A DNA stretch of 63,667 nt, the filler included. It is 11 parts of 11 records of this genome, joined end to end, with 100 filler letters (N's around TTAATTAATTAA, not from the genome) between each part and the next. Parts side by side here need not be neighbours in the genome. Positions count along the whole stretch, not along the records: positions 6,219 to 12,383 come from SRR7504441_7808; positions 12,484 to 16,587 come from SRR7504441_7813; positions 16,688 to 20,809 come from SRR7504441_7814; positions 20,910 to 25,320 come from SRR7504441_7818; 7 more parts are not named here. The stretch is one strand, 5' to 3'. Positions 11,470 through 22,374 of the stretch are shown piece by piece. Both the position numbers and the translations under genes were made by a program. Under the pieces are notes generated by a model, which saw only the letters and a list, made by a program, of their open reading frames with translations, searched no databases and was not told where the DNA came from. Within the stretch, counting starts at the first letter, position 1; each line of letters opens with the position of its first letter.

Positions 11470-12259
11470 TCACCAGTTATCTGCCATCCAGAGGCTAAGC
11501 ACGCCCGGCAGCGGGGCACCGCCAAACACGTCCATGGAATCGGCGTCCATGGTGAAGGACTCGGTGATCGAGATCATTCCGTTGCTGATCTCAACGTGCG
11601 GCCGGCCAATCACGTGGTGGCCCTTGGCCTCCTCATTCTTCGCAATATCATCCTCCATCTTCCGGGTCTCCACGCTGTTCCCGAGCAGCCCGTCCAGATA
11701 GCCGTACGCCGCCCCGGACTGAGTCCGTTGGTCCAGATGCTCGCTCCGGGCCCACTCGGCCAGGCTGGCCGCCACCATCTCCCCTTTGTACAGCTCGCCC
11801 CGCGGCAGCGCCCTGCGCCTGGTCAGCCGGCGCCAGCGGGGCAACGGACTGCGTGAACAGCCGCACCGCGGGGAACCGGTCGATCTCGTGCCGCTTGGTC
11901 AGCTCTGGCCTGGCTCAGAGGGGGCCCCATGGCGCCGGCTCGCCTGGGTAACTGTACCCGTCCAGCTGGCCAGAGAGAACCGTCCGTCGGCCTGACGCGG
12001 GGCTCGGGGGCCGGCGGGCGGGTCGGGCGCCTGGAGCGTGCTGGCCAGCTGATCGAACTCGCGGTCGAACCGCTTGCAGTGCCCGGACCAGGGCGAGTGA
12101 AAGTAAATCAGCGTGTGCCCCGGACCGGCCAGCAGCTGCCCCACCCGAGTGAGCCGCAGCTGCCAGGGCGGCCGCCTTCTCCAGCCCGGCCGGGTCGACC
12201 GACTCCACCCCGGCCGCCCCCCCGGCCAGCCCCACCAACCAGAGGACCGCCCACCACAT
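11470..12259 (-). CDS. Secreted thioredoxin/PDI-like protein with SGHC site (apparent 1-nt frameshift near 11970)
   Basis: Signal peptide MWWAVLWLVGLAGGAAG; IYFHSPWSGHCKRFDREFDQLA; ELTKRHEIDRFPAVRLF; LYKGEMVAASLAEW; three GC-AG micro-introns. Confidence 0.7.
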
Positions 12260-12383
12260 GGGCAGCCCGAGTAACGGACATTGGAGCCAAGCCGATGATT
12301 CGAGTGATCTCGGAGCGGATCATCCGGCCGGCCCAGACCAGCCGGGTGGCCCAGATCATGCACGGAGTGCCCCCCCCCCCCCC

Positions 12384-12483
12384 NNNNNNNNNNNNNNNNN
12401 NNNNNNNNNNNNNNNNNNNNNNNNNNNTTAATTAATTAANNNNNNNNNNNNNNNNNNNNNNNNNNNNNNNNNNNNNNNNNNNN
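12384..12483. other. Artificial contig linker
   Basis: N44-TTAATTAATTAA-N44. Confidence 0.98.
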
Positions 12484-12656
12484 TGCGTGCGATTTGAGTG
12501 ATGCCACTTGGTGTATACGTATGCCCCTGAAGTTGCGTAGAATCTAATTAGGTAGCAATTGCTGACTAGTTAAACTCCCGAACGCCCGAGTTGTGTTCCA
12601 GCAGCGAAGTCCGTTACGACCTAGAGGTAGCAGTTGAGCGGAGAGCGGCGTGGACA

Positions 12657-15600
12657 ATGCGCGCTACAGGGGGCGTTGCGGGGCGGATGCGCAGCTTTGT
12701 GCCGGCCTTCCGCGGGGTCAAGGTGTGGGCCTGGGTGCACCACCAGTGGCACAAGGGCGAGGTATCTAACCGTCCAGGCCCCGCCGCTCAACCTCGGCAG
12801 CTCATCACCGTCCTGCCGCCGGACCAGCTGTCGCTGGCGCTCGACTCCGAAGTCATGGTCTGGCCATTTCCCCCAGATTTAATAGAGCAGCTGGGGGCAG
12901 CCGGTGCCTGTGCCGGTGGAGCACGTGCTGCCGCGGGAGGAATCGGCCTCGATCGACGACTTCGCCCAACTCACCTACGTGCACGAGCCGGCCGTCCAGT
13001 GGGCCATCCGCACCCTCGCCTGCCAGGTGGCCCTGAATGCGATACCCGCCCTAACGCCAACGGCCAGGGGGTGTACTGTGTGCATGCCGGGCCGCACCTG
13101 GTGGTGATCCGGGACGGGCCCGACCGGCACAGGATGCTTAGGTCGGCCGACAGTGCCCAGGCCGCCCAAGACCAACGGCCGCACCAGTTCCAGGCGAGTT
13201 GGTTAGGCCGCGCCTCGGCGAGCACGCGGGCAGTTGGCGCGGCAGCTGTGGGCCGACCACTTTGAGCGGCCGCAGGCTGTGCTGCTCCACGGGGCGTCCG
13301 GATCTGGCAAGTCGCAGACCGCCGAGTCGCTGCTGCAGGCAAGCGGGATTGGTCGGTTGACCACTGAGCGGGGGACAGTACCTGTGCGCAGTGGCTGGGG
13401 TGCCGATCGGCCGGGCCCAGATGCGGCTCAAGCGCTGCCTCAAGCTACTCCAGGCGTTCAGGTGGTTCGTACCCCGACCAGAACCGAGCCGGCTGCAGCT
13501 GCGCCGGCACGGCGGCGGGGGCCAATTCGTCGTACGCGAGCACGCTGCTCAAGGTGAGGATCGTGGACGGCGAGATTGCGCAGGCCAAGGCGCGGCCGGG
13601 CCCGGTGTGCGGGTGAGGCTCTGTGGGCAGATTAAGCTGGTTGGCCTGGCTGTGAGCCAGCTGCTGCAGCCTCACATGAACTCCAACTGGTGGGCTCTTT
13701 ATAATTCTCCGGCCAAGTACCGGTCTCAGGTTTCATGTGATGCACCAGCTGGTGGCTGGTCTGCCAACCGAGCGGGCCCAGACCTTGATGCTGGCTGAGG
13801 TGGCCTTTGGGCTCTCACCACGACTGCAGCTGGCCGGGCTGACTGACGCCGCTGGTTGGGCGGACACGGTGGCGGTGCTGAGTCAGGAGCTTGGCTGGAG
13901 CTCGGAACAGGCTGGCTGGTTGTGGCGAGGGTTGTCTAATCTGCTGGCAGTTGGAGGAGCTCGAGCACCTGCTGGTGGTGATCGCCCATCTGGCCCAGCT
14001 GGATTTCAGGCACCCGACCCAATCCAAATTAGACTAATTGGTCGCAGCGCGCGCGACGGGGCCAGCCTGACTGAGCTGCTCTATTCGCGCTCAGTGACCA
14101 GCCTGGCCGAGTTGCTCAGGATGTCACCTGCCGAGCTGCTCTCCGGGCTGCTCGGACCAGGTGCCCCGACTGGCTGGGCCGTGCTGATCTGGCCGTTGCA
14201 GAGGTGGTGGAGCAGCACATGAACAACGAGGAACAGAGCATAGGCCCGGCGGTGGCCAGCCTGGCCCACTCGAACGTTCTCTCGCTGGCCGGCGGGCTGT
14301 ACAGCGGACTCGTTAGCCTGCTGGTCGAGTCTGTCAATCAGGGGCTGGCCGACTGCTGTACTCAACGGGACGGAAACCTCAAGCGCGAGCATAACTGGAT
14401 CGTGATTGTGGACCGGCCCGGGCTGAACAATCTAAGCGGGGAGGGCACGATGGCCGACCTGTGTAGAAATCTAGCCCATGAGGTCAGCACACAGCAGTTC
14501 GCTTCACATGAGAAGCATCGGTATGCCCTCAGTGTATCGGACTGCATCTAATCTGGGGGGGTAGGCTGGCTGCATTGCACACCGGCCAAAGCCCGGAGGG
14601 TCTGGCACTCAAGCAGGATGATCTGATCCGGTCCGGTCTATGCCAGCAGCAGCTGAGCTGGCAGCAGGTGGGGGCTGCTTCCGCTGGACGAGTCGCTCCC
14701 GCTGCAATTATTCGACAACTCGCTGATTGAGCTGCTCTCCAGCTTTAAGCACCTCCCAATTGCCATGCAGATGCGCACGCTGTACGCTGAGAACTATTCC
14801 CACCCGTCCTTCCGGTGCGGCGGCTGGCACGCAAGCAGCCAACCCGTGTTATAAATAGGCGAAACCTGGACTTTACTGGGACCTGTTTTAGCGTCAAGCA
14901 CACTGGCGGCGAGGTCTTGATTGGTCGAATTAATTTCATGAACTGCGGGACAGGTGATCTACAACCTCGAGCCTCTCGGGCTGCTCGCGGTATTATCAAT
15001 TGCTAGTTCAATTCGATTAAGCGCTGGGCAGCATTCTCACGAGCTAGCGCCGGGGCAACGGAAGCTGCTCAAGCCGCACCCCTCTAGACTGATTCACCAC
15101 CTCATCCAGCCCAAACCACGCAAGCTGTCGGCTCTCGAGGCCATCCGAGCCGACATGAGTGAGCTGTATGACAGTAACCCAACCGCTCGGGGCTGGCCAA
15201 CGGGGTGGGACAGCCACGCTGGCTGGCTACGAGCAGCGGCACTTGTTCCTGATGAAGCCGTTCCTGTCCAGCGACACGGCTGGCAAATCATTTGATTGAT
15301 CAGATAGTTGAGTGGCGGCGCAGGCAACGCCGGGGAGCAGTTTGACGTGTCGGCGATCGTAGAGCAGATGACTAGCTGCAAGCTGATGCAATCGCTCACT
15401 GCCCGGGTGACCGCCACCGTTGGGCTGTTTATGATCCGTCGCAGGTCGGTCTCGAGGCCTCCAGCCGGCTCCAGCGAGTGAGGGAGCTCAATCTACCGGA
15501 GGCCCGCTGGGGCACAGGGGGTGGCAAGGCATCTCAGCTGGCCCAGGCGGTGGTTGCCGGTCTGGGGCTGGCCCCAGCTCAGCAGGCGATGGGGGTCTCT

Positions 15601-16447
15601 CCCGCGCCGGCCAGCTCTCACGGAAGGCTCAGGTCTCACGCGCGCTGCTGTTTGGCGAGCAAATGCAACTGGTCCAGATACTGACAGACTTGCAGCTCGA
15701 GGCGGCAGCACGGCTGCTACAGACCGCCTGGCGCGCATCTCGGCCGACCAAGCCCGAGATATGCGCCCCGCGGCCGGCCCTCCCGCTGCTGCCACCGGCG
15801 GTGCCGGTGGTCCCGGTGTTCGACCCGGTGGCGGCGGCCGAGGACATTTGCCGGGACAAGTCAGCAAGCAAGATCCAGGAGTGGTGGCGCTACCGCCGGT
15901 GCGCTTGATTCATAGCCAGTCCGGGCTGACAGAGTGCGGTGGCAGCAACCAGCAGCTGGTCATCCAGCCGGTGGAGCGGCTGGAAGCCCAGACTGTTGAG
16001 CCTAGTTCTAAGCCGGACCGTCAGCTGAGCAAGGAGGAGCAGCTCGAGCGAGTTGAGGCCGCGTACCAGAAGGCGCTCCAACAGCGGGGTGCTCCCTTAC
16101 AGTGGCTGAGCTGATCGGGTGGGACAGGCGCAGTGATGCAGCAGCTGAGTCCGATCGAGTCGGAGGTGGAGCAGCAGCTGAGCCGAGTATATCAGCCGTC
16201 TACTGTGCTCGACCATAGTGCAATAGATGAGCTGGCCAAGACTAGTCCGCTACGAGTAGCCGCGATTGCTTCGCGGTACCCTGCAGGCAAGTACAACCGC
16301 AAGTATCAGCGCAAGTACGCAATGGCCCCGGATGGCAGCTTCCTAGAGACAGGTTACAACTCAGCGGATAGCTCGGCCAGTAGCTTGACCGATTCAGACG
16401 TAGTCTCGTCGGATGATGAGGGACTAGACAATATGATGCTCGCTTAG
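12657..16447 (+). CDS. Highly divergent myosin-like protein (N-terminal SH3-like region, motor domain, two IQ motifs), many introns
   Basis: Spliced motifs IDDFAQLTYVHEPAV, HGASGSGKS (P-loop, 13291-13314), LQAFSCAGTAAGANSSYAST, NWFHVMHQLVAG, IVIVDRPGLN, LCRNLAHEVSTQQF, LLQTAWRASR, KIQEWWRYRR occur in myosin order. Exon boundaries in the 3' half are less certain. Confidence 0.75.
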
Positions 16448-16587
16448 GGCTCCTGGGCAGAGGATGAATTTTCGCATTAAATGTTTAGCATAATCAAATG
16501 TTTCAAGAGTTAATTAACATTTTTGTTTTGACTCGGGATCAGCTTTATTCAAGTAAAGGTCCCCTGAGCCTCTATGCTCGAGGCTAA

Positions 16588-16687
16588 NNNNNNNNNNNNN
16601 NNNNNNNNNNNNNNNNNNNNNNNNNNNNNNNTTAATTAATTAANNNNNNNNNNNNNNNNNNNNNNNNNNNNNNNNNNNNNNNNNNNN
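16588..16687. other. Artificial contig linker
   Basis: N44-TTAATTAATTAA-N44. Confidence 0.98.
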
Positions 16688-16805
16688 TCTCGTTTGAAAT
16701 AAAGCTCCTCCATTGGCATAAAAAAAATGATCTGCACAGCCTACTAGTATGCATATGCTGTGCTGTATGCTCTCCTTTGGCCTGGAAGTCCGTTGCCGAC
16801 AAGAG

Positions 16806-18280
16806 ATGAAGGGTGACGAGGAGGAGGAGCACTCGCTGCTCGGGAACGGGAGCGACAGCAAGGCGAACGGAAACAACACCCGGCTGATCGACGAGTACGA
16901 GGCTCGAGTCAAGCAGCGTGACCTGACCGGGCAAGACCCAACCGACCGGCCGGTCTCGTTCCTCAAGGCAGTCCGCCAGCTGCACGACGAGCAAGGCGGG
17001 CGGGTCAAGATCGCCAAGGAGCTCTCGTACGACCCGCAGATCGATCGCAAGTGCTGGGTCCTCGCTGGGCTGGCCGTGCTCTCCATTTTGCTCTACATCA
17101 TTCACATGGAGGTCAACTTCAAGAAGTCCGAGCGGTACATGGACAACAGCAGCCCCACCTCCTACGTCATGCGGTACGCGCTTACCGTGGTCACCGCGCT
17201 GCTGCTGTGCGCCCTGTTTGATTACTATCAGCTGCTAGTCTACATCTACCGCCGGTACCAGACTCCCAACCCGGAGGATACCAGCGACGCCTGGCCGCGC
17301 GAGTTTATGTTCTCGTTCGCGGTAGAGTTTGTGCTCTGCTTGATCCACCCGATCCCCGGGGTGATCAACAACAAGCTTGGGGCGTTCATCTGCCTCCGGC
17401 TCTACCTGTTGCTCAACTTGGTACGCAGCTACTCCGAGGTCTACCAGCAGAGGAGCCTCATATACAACTCTGGTCACCTCAAGCGCGGGGGCGAGCGGAT
17501 CGACACCGAGCTGTGCATCAAGATCATCGTCTCCCAGAGCCCCGGCCGATGTCTCGCGCTTGCGCTTGTCACGATTGGGCTGCTGATGGGCTACGGCAAT
17601 TACATCTGTGAGCGCCGGCCTGCAGCCTGTGCTGACCCAGGGGCAGGCATGCGCGAGGGTCTTAACGGCGCCGACCTGACATATTGGAAGGCGGTCTGGA
17701 GCACTGCGTTCCTGCTCATGCGGGGCGTCCCGCTCCTGGACAACTCCGGCAGCACAGCAGGGAGGGCGATTGAGCTGGCCACAGCGCTGGTCGCGTGCAG
17801 CTGCCGGCTGGGCTGACGGGTGGGCAGGTCGGGCTGGTGCTACTGGCGATCGTGGTGTCGCTGGTGGTGGAAATGATGAACGTCTCGCACGCGGAGGAGT
17901 TTGCACTCACTTGGCTTGAGAGGCACAAGTCGAGGCGGAAGGCCGAGGTCTACGCCGCCGAGCTTATCCAGGCATGCTGGCGGCTCCACCAGCTCAGGGT
18001 GCGTTGGCCTGCCGACCCGCTCACTCTGCCGCAGGAGAAGAGCCCGGGCGAAGTGACGCTTGAAGTGGAGTATTTTTTCAACTCGCTGATTACGCGGCAC
18101 GGCAAGTTCCGCGACGAGCGGAAAAACCAGGAGGATTTGAGCCTGGATGCGGCGCACGACAAGGCGCTTGAAGTGACTCGCGAGCTCGACAATGTGGTGC
18201 AAGACATTGACAGCATTAAGAACGTGCAAGACGATCTGCTCCGCACGTTTGACGAGATTGATGACAACGTCTCGATCTAG
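16806..18280 (+). CDS. SK/KCNN-like calcium-activated channel homologue with degenerate pore (2 introns)
   Basis: TM helices with SK-type motifs (LIHPIPG, FICLRLYL, YICER) and a CaM-binding-like segment AEEFALTWLERHKSRRKAEVYAAELIQACWR followed by a coiled coil. Confidence 0.7.
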
Positions 18281-18298
18281 TCTCGCCCTGGGCCTCGG

Positions 18299-18340
18299 GC
18301 AAGGCTATATGGCAAGGCTATATAGCCTTGCTAGCCTTGC
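18299..18340. repeat. Nested palindrome/hairpin in a 3' UTR
   Basis: Perfect 20-bp palindrome GCAAGGCTATATAGCCTTGC (18312-18331) flanked by outer arms GCAAGGCTA / TAGCCTTGC. Confidence 0.85.
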
Positions 18341-18517
18341 TCGAGCTGCCATGTACATACTAAGATGTCTCTTTATGATGTTCAATATTTAAGTGTATTA
18401 GTCGAGTCTGCGAATCTGATCACTATCGGCTTGACTAGAGTCTAGGGACCTAGATCTCGCTGAAGTCTGCGAATGCCCGGGACTCGAAGCACCGGCGGGC
18501 CGCAGATGTACTGAAAG

Positions 18518-20183
18518 ATGCCGGAGGTGCCGCCAGGGGAGGAGGCCACCGCCCTGAACGTCAACACCGACTGGCCAGCCACCCCGCGCAGCTGGCCGGC
18601 CGAGCTTGGGTCCGAGTCGGGGGCGCCGGTCCCGCTCTGGCGGCTGACCGTCATTTCGCTGCCCTACCTGGCCATATTCTTCACCGCGAGCGCCGTGGTT
18701 GCCCAGAGCCTGCCGCTGCTGCTCTCGTTCGGTGGCTCGCCAATCTTGGTCACAGGGACCTTTGTGCTCAGCTCGCTGCTCACTGTGCTGGCTCAGCCCG
18801 TGGTGGGCGCACAGTACGACGCGCTCCAACCGGCTGGCCGACCGTGGTTCCTCGCGGCGCTGATGGGCGGGTTGGTGGTGGGCGACCTGGTCTACACGAC
18901 GGCCTGCTTCTGCCACCACCGAGAAGCTCCGCAGCGGCTGGTGCTCGGGCTCGGACTGGCGGGGCTGAGCCTGATCGTGGTCTCGCTCAACGCGGCACAG
19001 GTCCCACTCCGGGCCCTGGCGACTGAGGTAGCCCCCGTGGCTCAACAGACCACCGCGCACGCGCTGTTTGGGGTGCTGGCCGGGCTGGGTGCCTCGTCGG
19101 CCTATGTGCTGGCCAGCACGGTGGATGTGCTCCGATGGTGTGAGGTGAGGCCAGCCGACGCGGCTGCTCACTCAGCCGGCAGGCGTACTTCCTAGGGGCG
19201 GTCGGACTCAGTCTGGCCTCCACGGCCGTGGCTGTATGGCAGCACAGGTCAATCGAGCGGGCGGCTCCGCCCAAGCAGAGCGCACCCATCTCCAGCTGCC
19301 ACAGCTCTCTCCGGAGGCTGAAAGCCACAGTACGCCAGCTGGTACAGGCCCCCGCGGTGGTTCAATTAGTGTATTTGGCCCATTTTCTGAGCTGGGCCGC
19401 ACTCCAGACCTTTTTCTCGGTGTGCTCTAGCCCAGGCAGTCTGTGAGCTTTGGCAGAGCGTGACCACTTGGAGTGGTAGCTACCTGTTCGATGGAGAGCC
19501 GGGCAGCGAGCAGTTCCGACGAGGACTGCAGCTGGCAGCGCTCGGTTCCGCTTGGCGTGGTTGGTCTGACGCTGTGGGCAGGGCAGGCAGTTAAGAGTTT
19601 TCTCCAAGCGCCTCTGTGTGCAGCGTTGCCTGGACTGGCGGATTGCATTGGACTGCGCCGGCTATATGTCTTTTCACAGGTGTGGATGCTGGCAGTTTTG
19701 TTGGCCTTTTCTGGGCTGCCGCAAGTAGACGGGGATGGCGACACGGTCGGAGGCGTGTCGGCGGCGCTTGGGGCGAGCATGGTCTTGCCCATATCCAGCA
19801 CCCAGACAATTCCGTTTGCTATCTTGGGGAAGCTAACCAAGGAGTCAGCGCAGCTTGGGGTCTATTCGTCTGGTTTAGGCACGGCCAATATGGCCGGGGT
19901 GCTGCTAGCGTTCTTGACGATAGGACCTGTTGCGGAGATGGCTGGCTGGAGGTTTGTCATGATGGCAGCAGCTGGCCTGGCATTGTTGTCCATCATTCCA
20001 GTCGCTCGCCTATGCATGGTCAAGTCATTTAGTAATCCCGTTATCGACGAGCCGGCTGGAGTTGAGCTAGCCGAGGTGGAGTTGGAGACTCCTGGACACG
20101 CAGGGCAACCGGTACCGCCTAAAAATAACTATGATTGTGCGCCGGACTCAATGTCTGAGGAACAGCACGGGTCGATTTCATGA
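18518..20183 (+). CDS. MFS sugar transporter, SLC45/SUT (GPH)-like
   Basis: About 12 hydrophobic segments; AQPVVGAQYD, VSLNAAQVPLRALATEV, HFLSWAAL, IPFAIL..GVYSSGLGTANMAG; frames joined by short introns. Confidence 0.75.
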
Positions 20184-20354
20184 CAACCAAATAAAAGTGA
20201 CTTCTAAACAATATAGCTACATACATGCGCGTGACACATGCATGAGTTCTAATAGATGTATTACAAACATGATTGTGACAAACACAATTATTCATGACCA
20301 ACACAATCACAAAAAGTGCAAGCTATCGTATATCCCATGCCCATGCAATTGAGA

Positions 20355-20809
20355 TCATACCAAGCTAGTGGCGTTAGCTGGCTTTTTGGCCGCAACTTTA
20401 GGATCGACAGCCTTCGGTGTGTTCGAAGCTTTCTTGGATGGATCCGGCGGCGGTCCAGCTATAGGCGGCGGCCCAGCAGGACGAGGCTTTGCAGGAACAA
20501 ATTTCTTCAACTTAGGTTTGGCTGATTTCTCGTCCTCATTAGTGAGCGTGTGGTTTTGGATCGCCACAACTTCAGCGTCAATTTGCGCTTTTGTGAACCC
20601 TGCCTCTGCGTGGGTGGCATTAGGGTTGAGGTCTGGAGCAAACGGGTTCTTTGAGCTGTTGCTGGGTGCCAATGCGCCAGCAAGAGCACCTTTGCCAGCC
20701 GGAGCCTTAGGAGGCCGGATCTTCTTCGGCAGCAGGTAAGCATGCTTGTCTTTGTTCTCGGCTTTGGGCAGGTTGCACCCTGAAGGCTTTTTGGGCTTTA
20801 AAGGTCCCT
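20355..20809 (-). CDS. 3' end of a Pro/Lys-rich hypothetical protein (partial)
   Basis: Open frame running from the contig edge to the stop at 20355, with repeated KxKKxxPPKP motifs. Confidence 0.55.
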
Positions 20810-20909
20810 NNNNNNNNNNNNNNNNNNNNNNNNNNNNNNNNNNNNNNNNNNNNTTAATTAATTAANNNNNNNNNNNNNNNNNNNNNNNNNNNNNNNNNNN
20901 NNNNNNNNN
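20810..20909. other. Artificial contig linker
   Basis: N44-TTAATTAATTAA-N44. Confidence 0.98.
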
Positions 20910-21000
20910 ACAAAGCACCGTAACAATTCCACTTCGGGTTCTTCAATCATGAATCTTCAATACTCGTACAATAACTACAATTTCCAATTGTAACGTAAGG

Positions 21001-22220
21001 TCAATAAGTTAGCTTGATGCGTTTGCATTGCGTGCTTGTACAAATATACAACCTTCCGTCATTGGTGAGGATGGCTGTTTGGCACTTGCCAGCGGTGACT
21101 TGACATGCTGTTGGCCCTCCGACAATCTCCGGCCCATCAGTGCACTCAATAGAGCCAAATCCATCAAGCCTTACAGGCCGTATCCCGCTCTTCAGCGAGG
21201 GGCGGCCCGGGCCAACACCCCATACATATACAGCCCCAGAACTGTTGAGCGCAATGCTGTGTTCATCCCCCGCGGCCACCCAACGAACTGCCAGCAGCCC
21301 ACTGACGAGCGTGGGCCGAAGCCTATCCTTCATGTCACCAACACCCAACTTACCGTGTTCACCCGCACCCCAAGCGAAGACAGCTCCTCCACTAGTCACG
21401 GCAACCATGTGAGCATCCCCAGCACTGCATTGTACCACTCGACTGGACTGAATGAGACCCCCAACTGCACCTGGATATCGCTTATTCTTGGTATCACCGT
21501 GCCCAAGCCGGCCGTTTGCTCCTCGTCCCCACGTACATACGCCTCCTGACTGCACGACGCAACAGCTGAAGTCGGACCCTGCTGCAACAGCCACTGCAGA
21601 TTGCTGGTCTAGTCCGACCTCCACTGGCTCATCGCGGTACTTGTTATCACCCTGACCCAGTTGCCCGTAGCTGCCAGCCCCCCACGCGTACAGCCGTCCC
21701 TTAGCTGAACAGCAGAGCACATGCCGGCCGCCAGCAGCTACCACACTGACTAGCTGGCGCGAGAGCAACCCCATCACTCTGGCTGGCTCGGGTCTATCTG
21801 TGTGGCAGTCTCCAAGCCCCAGTTGACCATAGCAGCCTACCGCACGCCACGGTGAGTGCCATGCAGTACAAACGGCGCACCTTGACCCCAGGCGAGTACC
21901 TGCCCTGCAGCGGTCAGTGCTACCGAAAAGCCGCCTCTAGCGTCCCCGCCCGCAGCGACAGCCTTCACCTTCTCGCCCCAGATCCGGAGCTTCACCGGAG
22001 AATTTGTACCAGATGAGTCGCCGAGCTGGCCGGATTCGCCCACACCCCAGCCAAACACCGCTCCCTCACTGGTCACAGCCAGCGTATGCGCAGGGCCAGT
22101 TGCTATCTGAATGACCCTGAGCTCCGAGTTGGGACCCCAGGGGAGCTCATAAGGATCTGCCGTGGCTGTGTCTTCGAGCTCGGCTTCAGCTCTCCGGCTG
22201 CACGAGTCCCCGCAGCCCAT
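21001..22220 (-). CDS. RCC1-repeat beta-propeller protein with N-terminal MGC acylation-type motif (1 intron)
   Basis: Repeated VAAGxxHxL...GxVxAWGxGxxGQLG units; one intron joins AWGQG|CYGQLG; starts MGCGDSC. Confidence 0.85.
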
Positions 22221-22374
22221 CCTACAGTGTATCAGCCTCCCCGTAGGCCATATGAACTAGAGTTCGTACACATGGCATGATGAAAAATCCCAGCGGTGTT
22301 TCAGATGGCCCGCGGTTTGGACTCGGCGGGGTGCTGCAGCTCAGTGTGGCCTGGGTAGAGCCGATGATCCAGTG

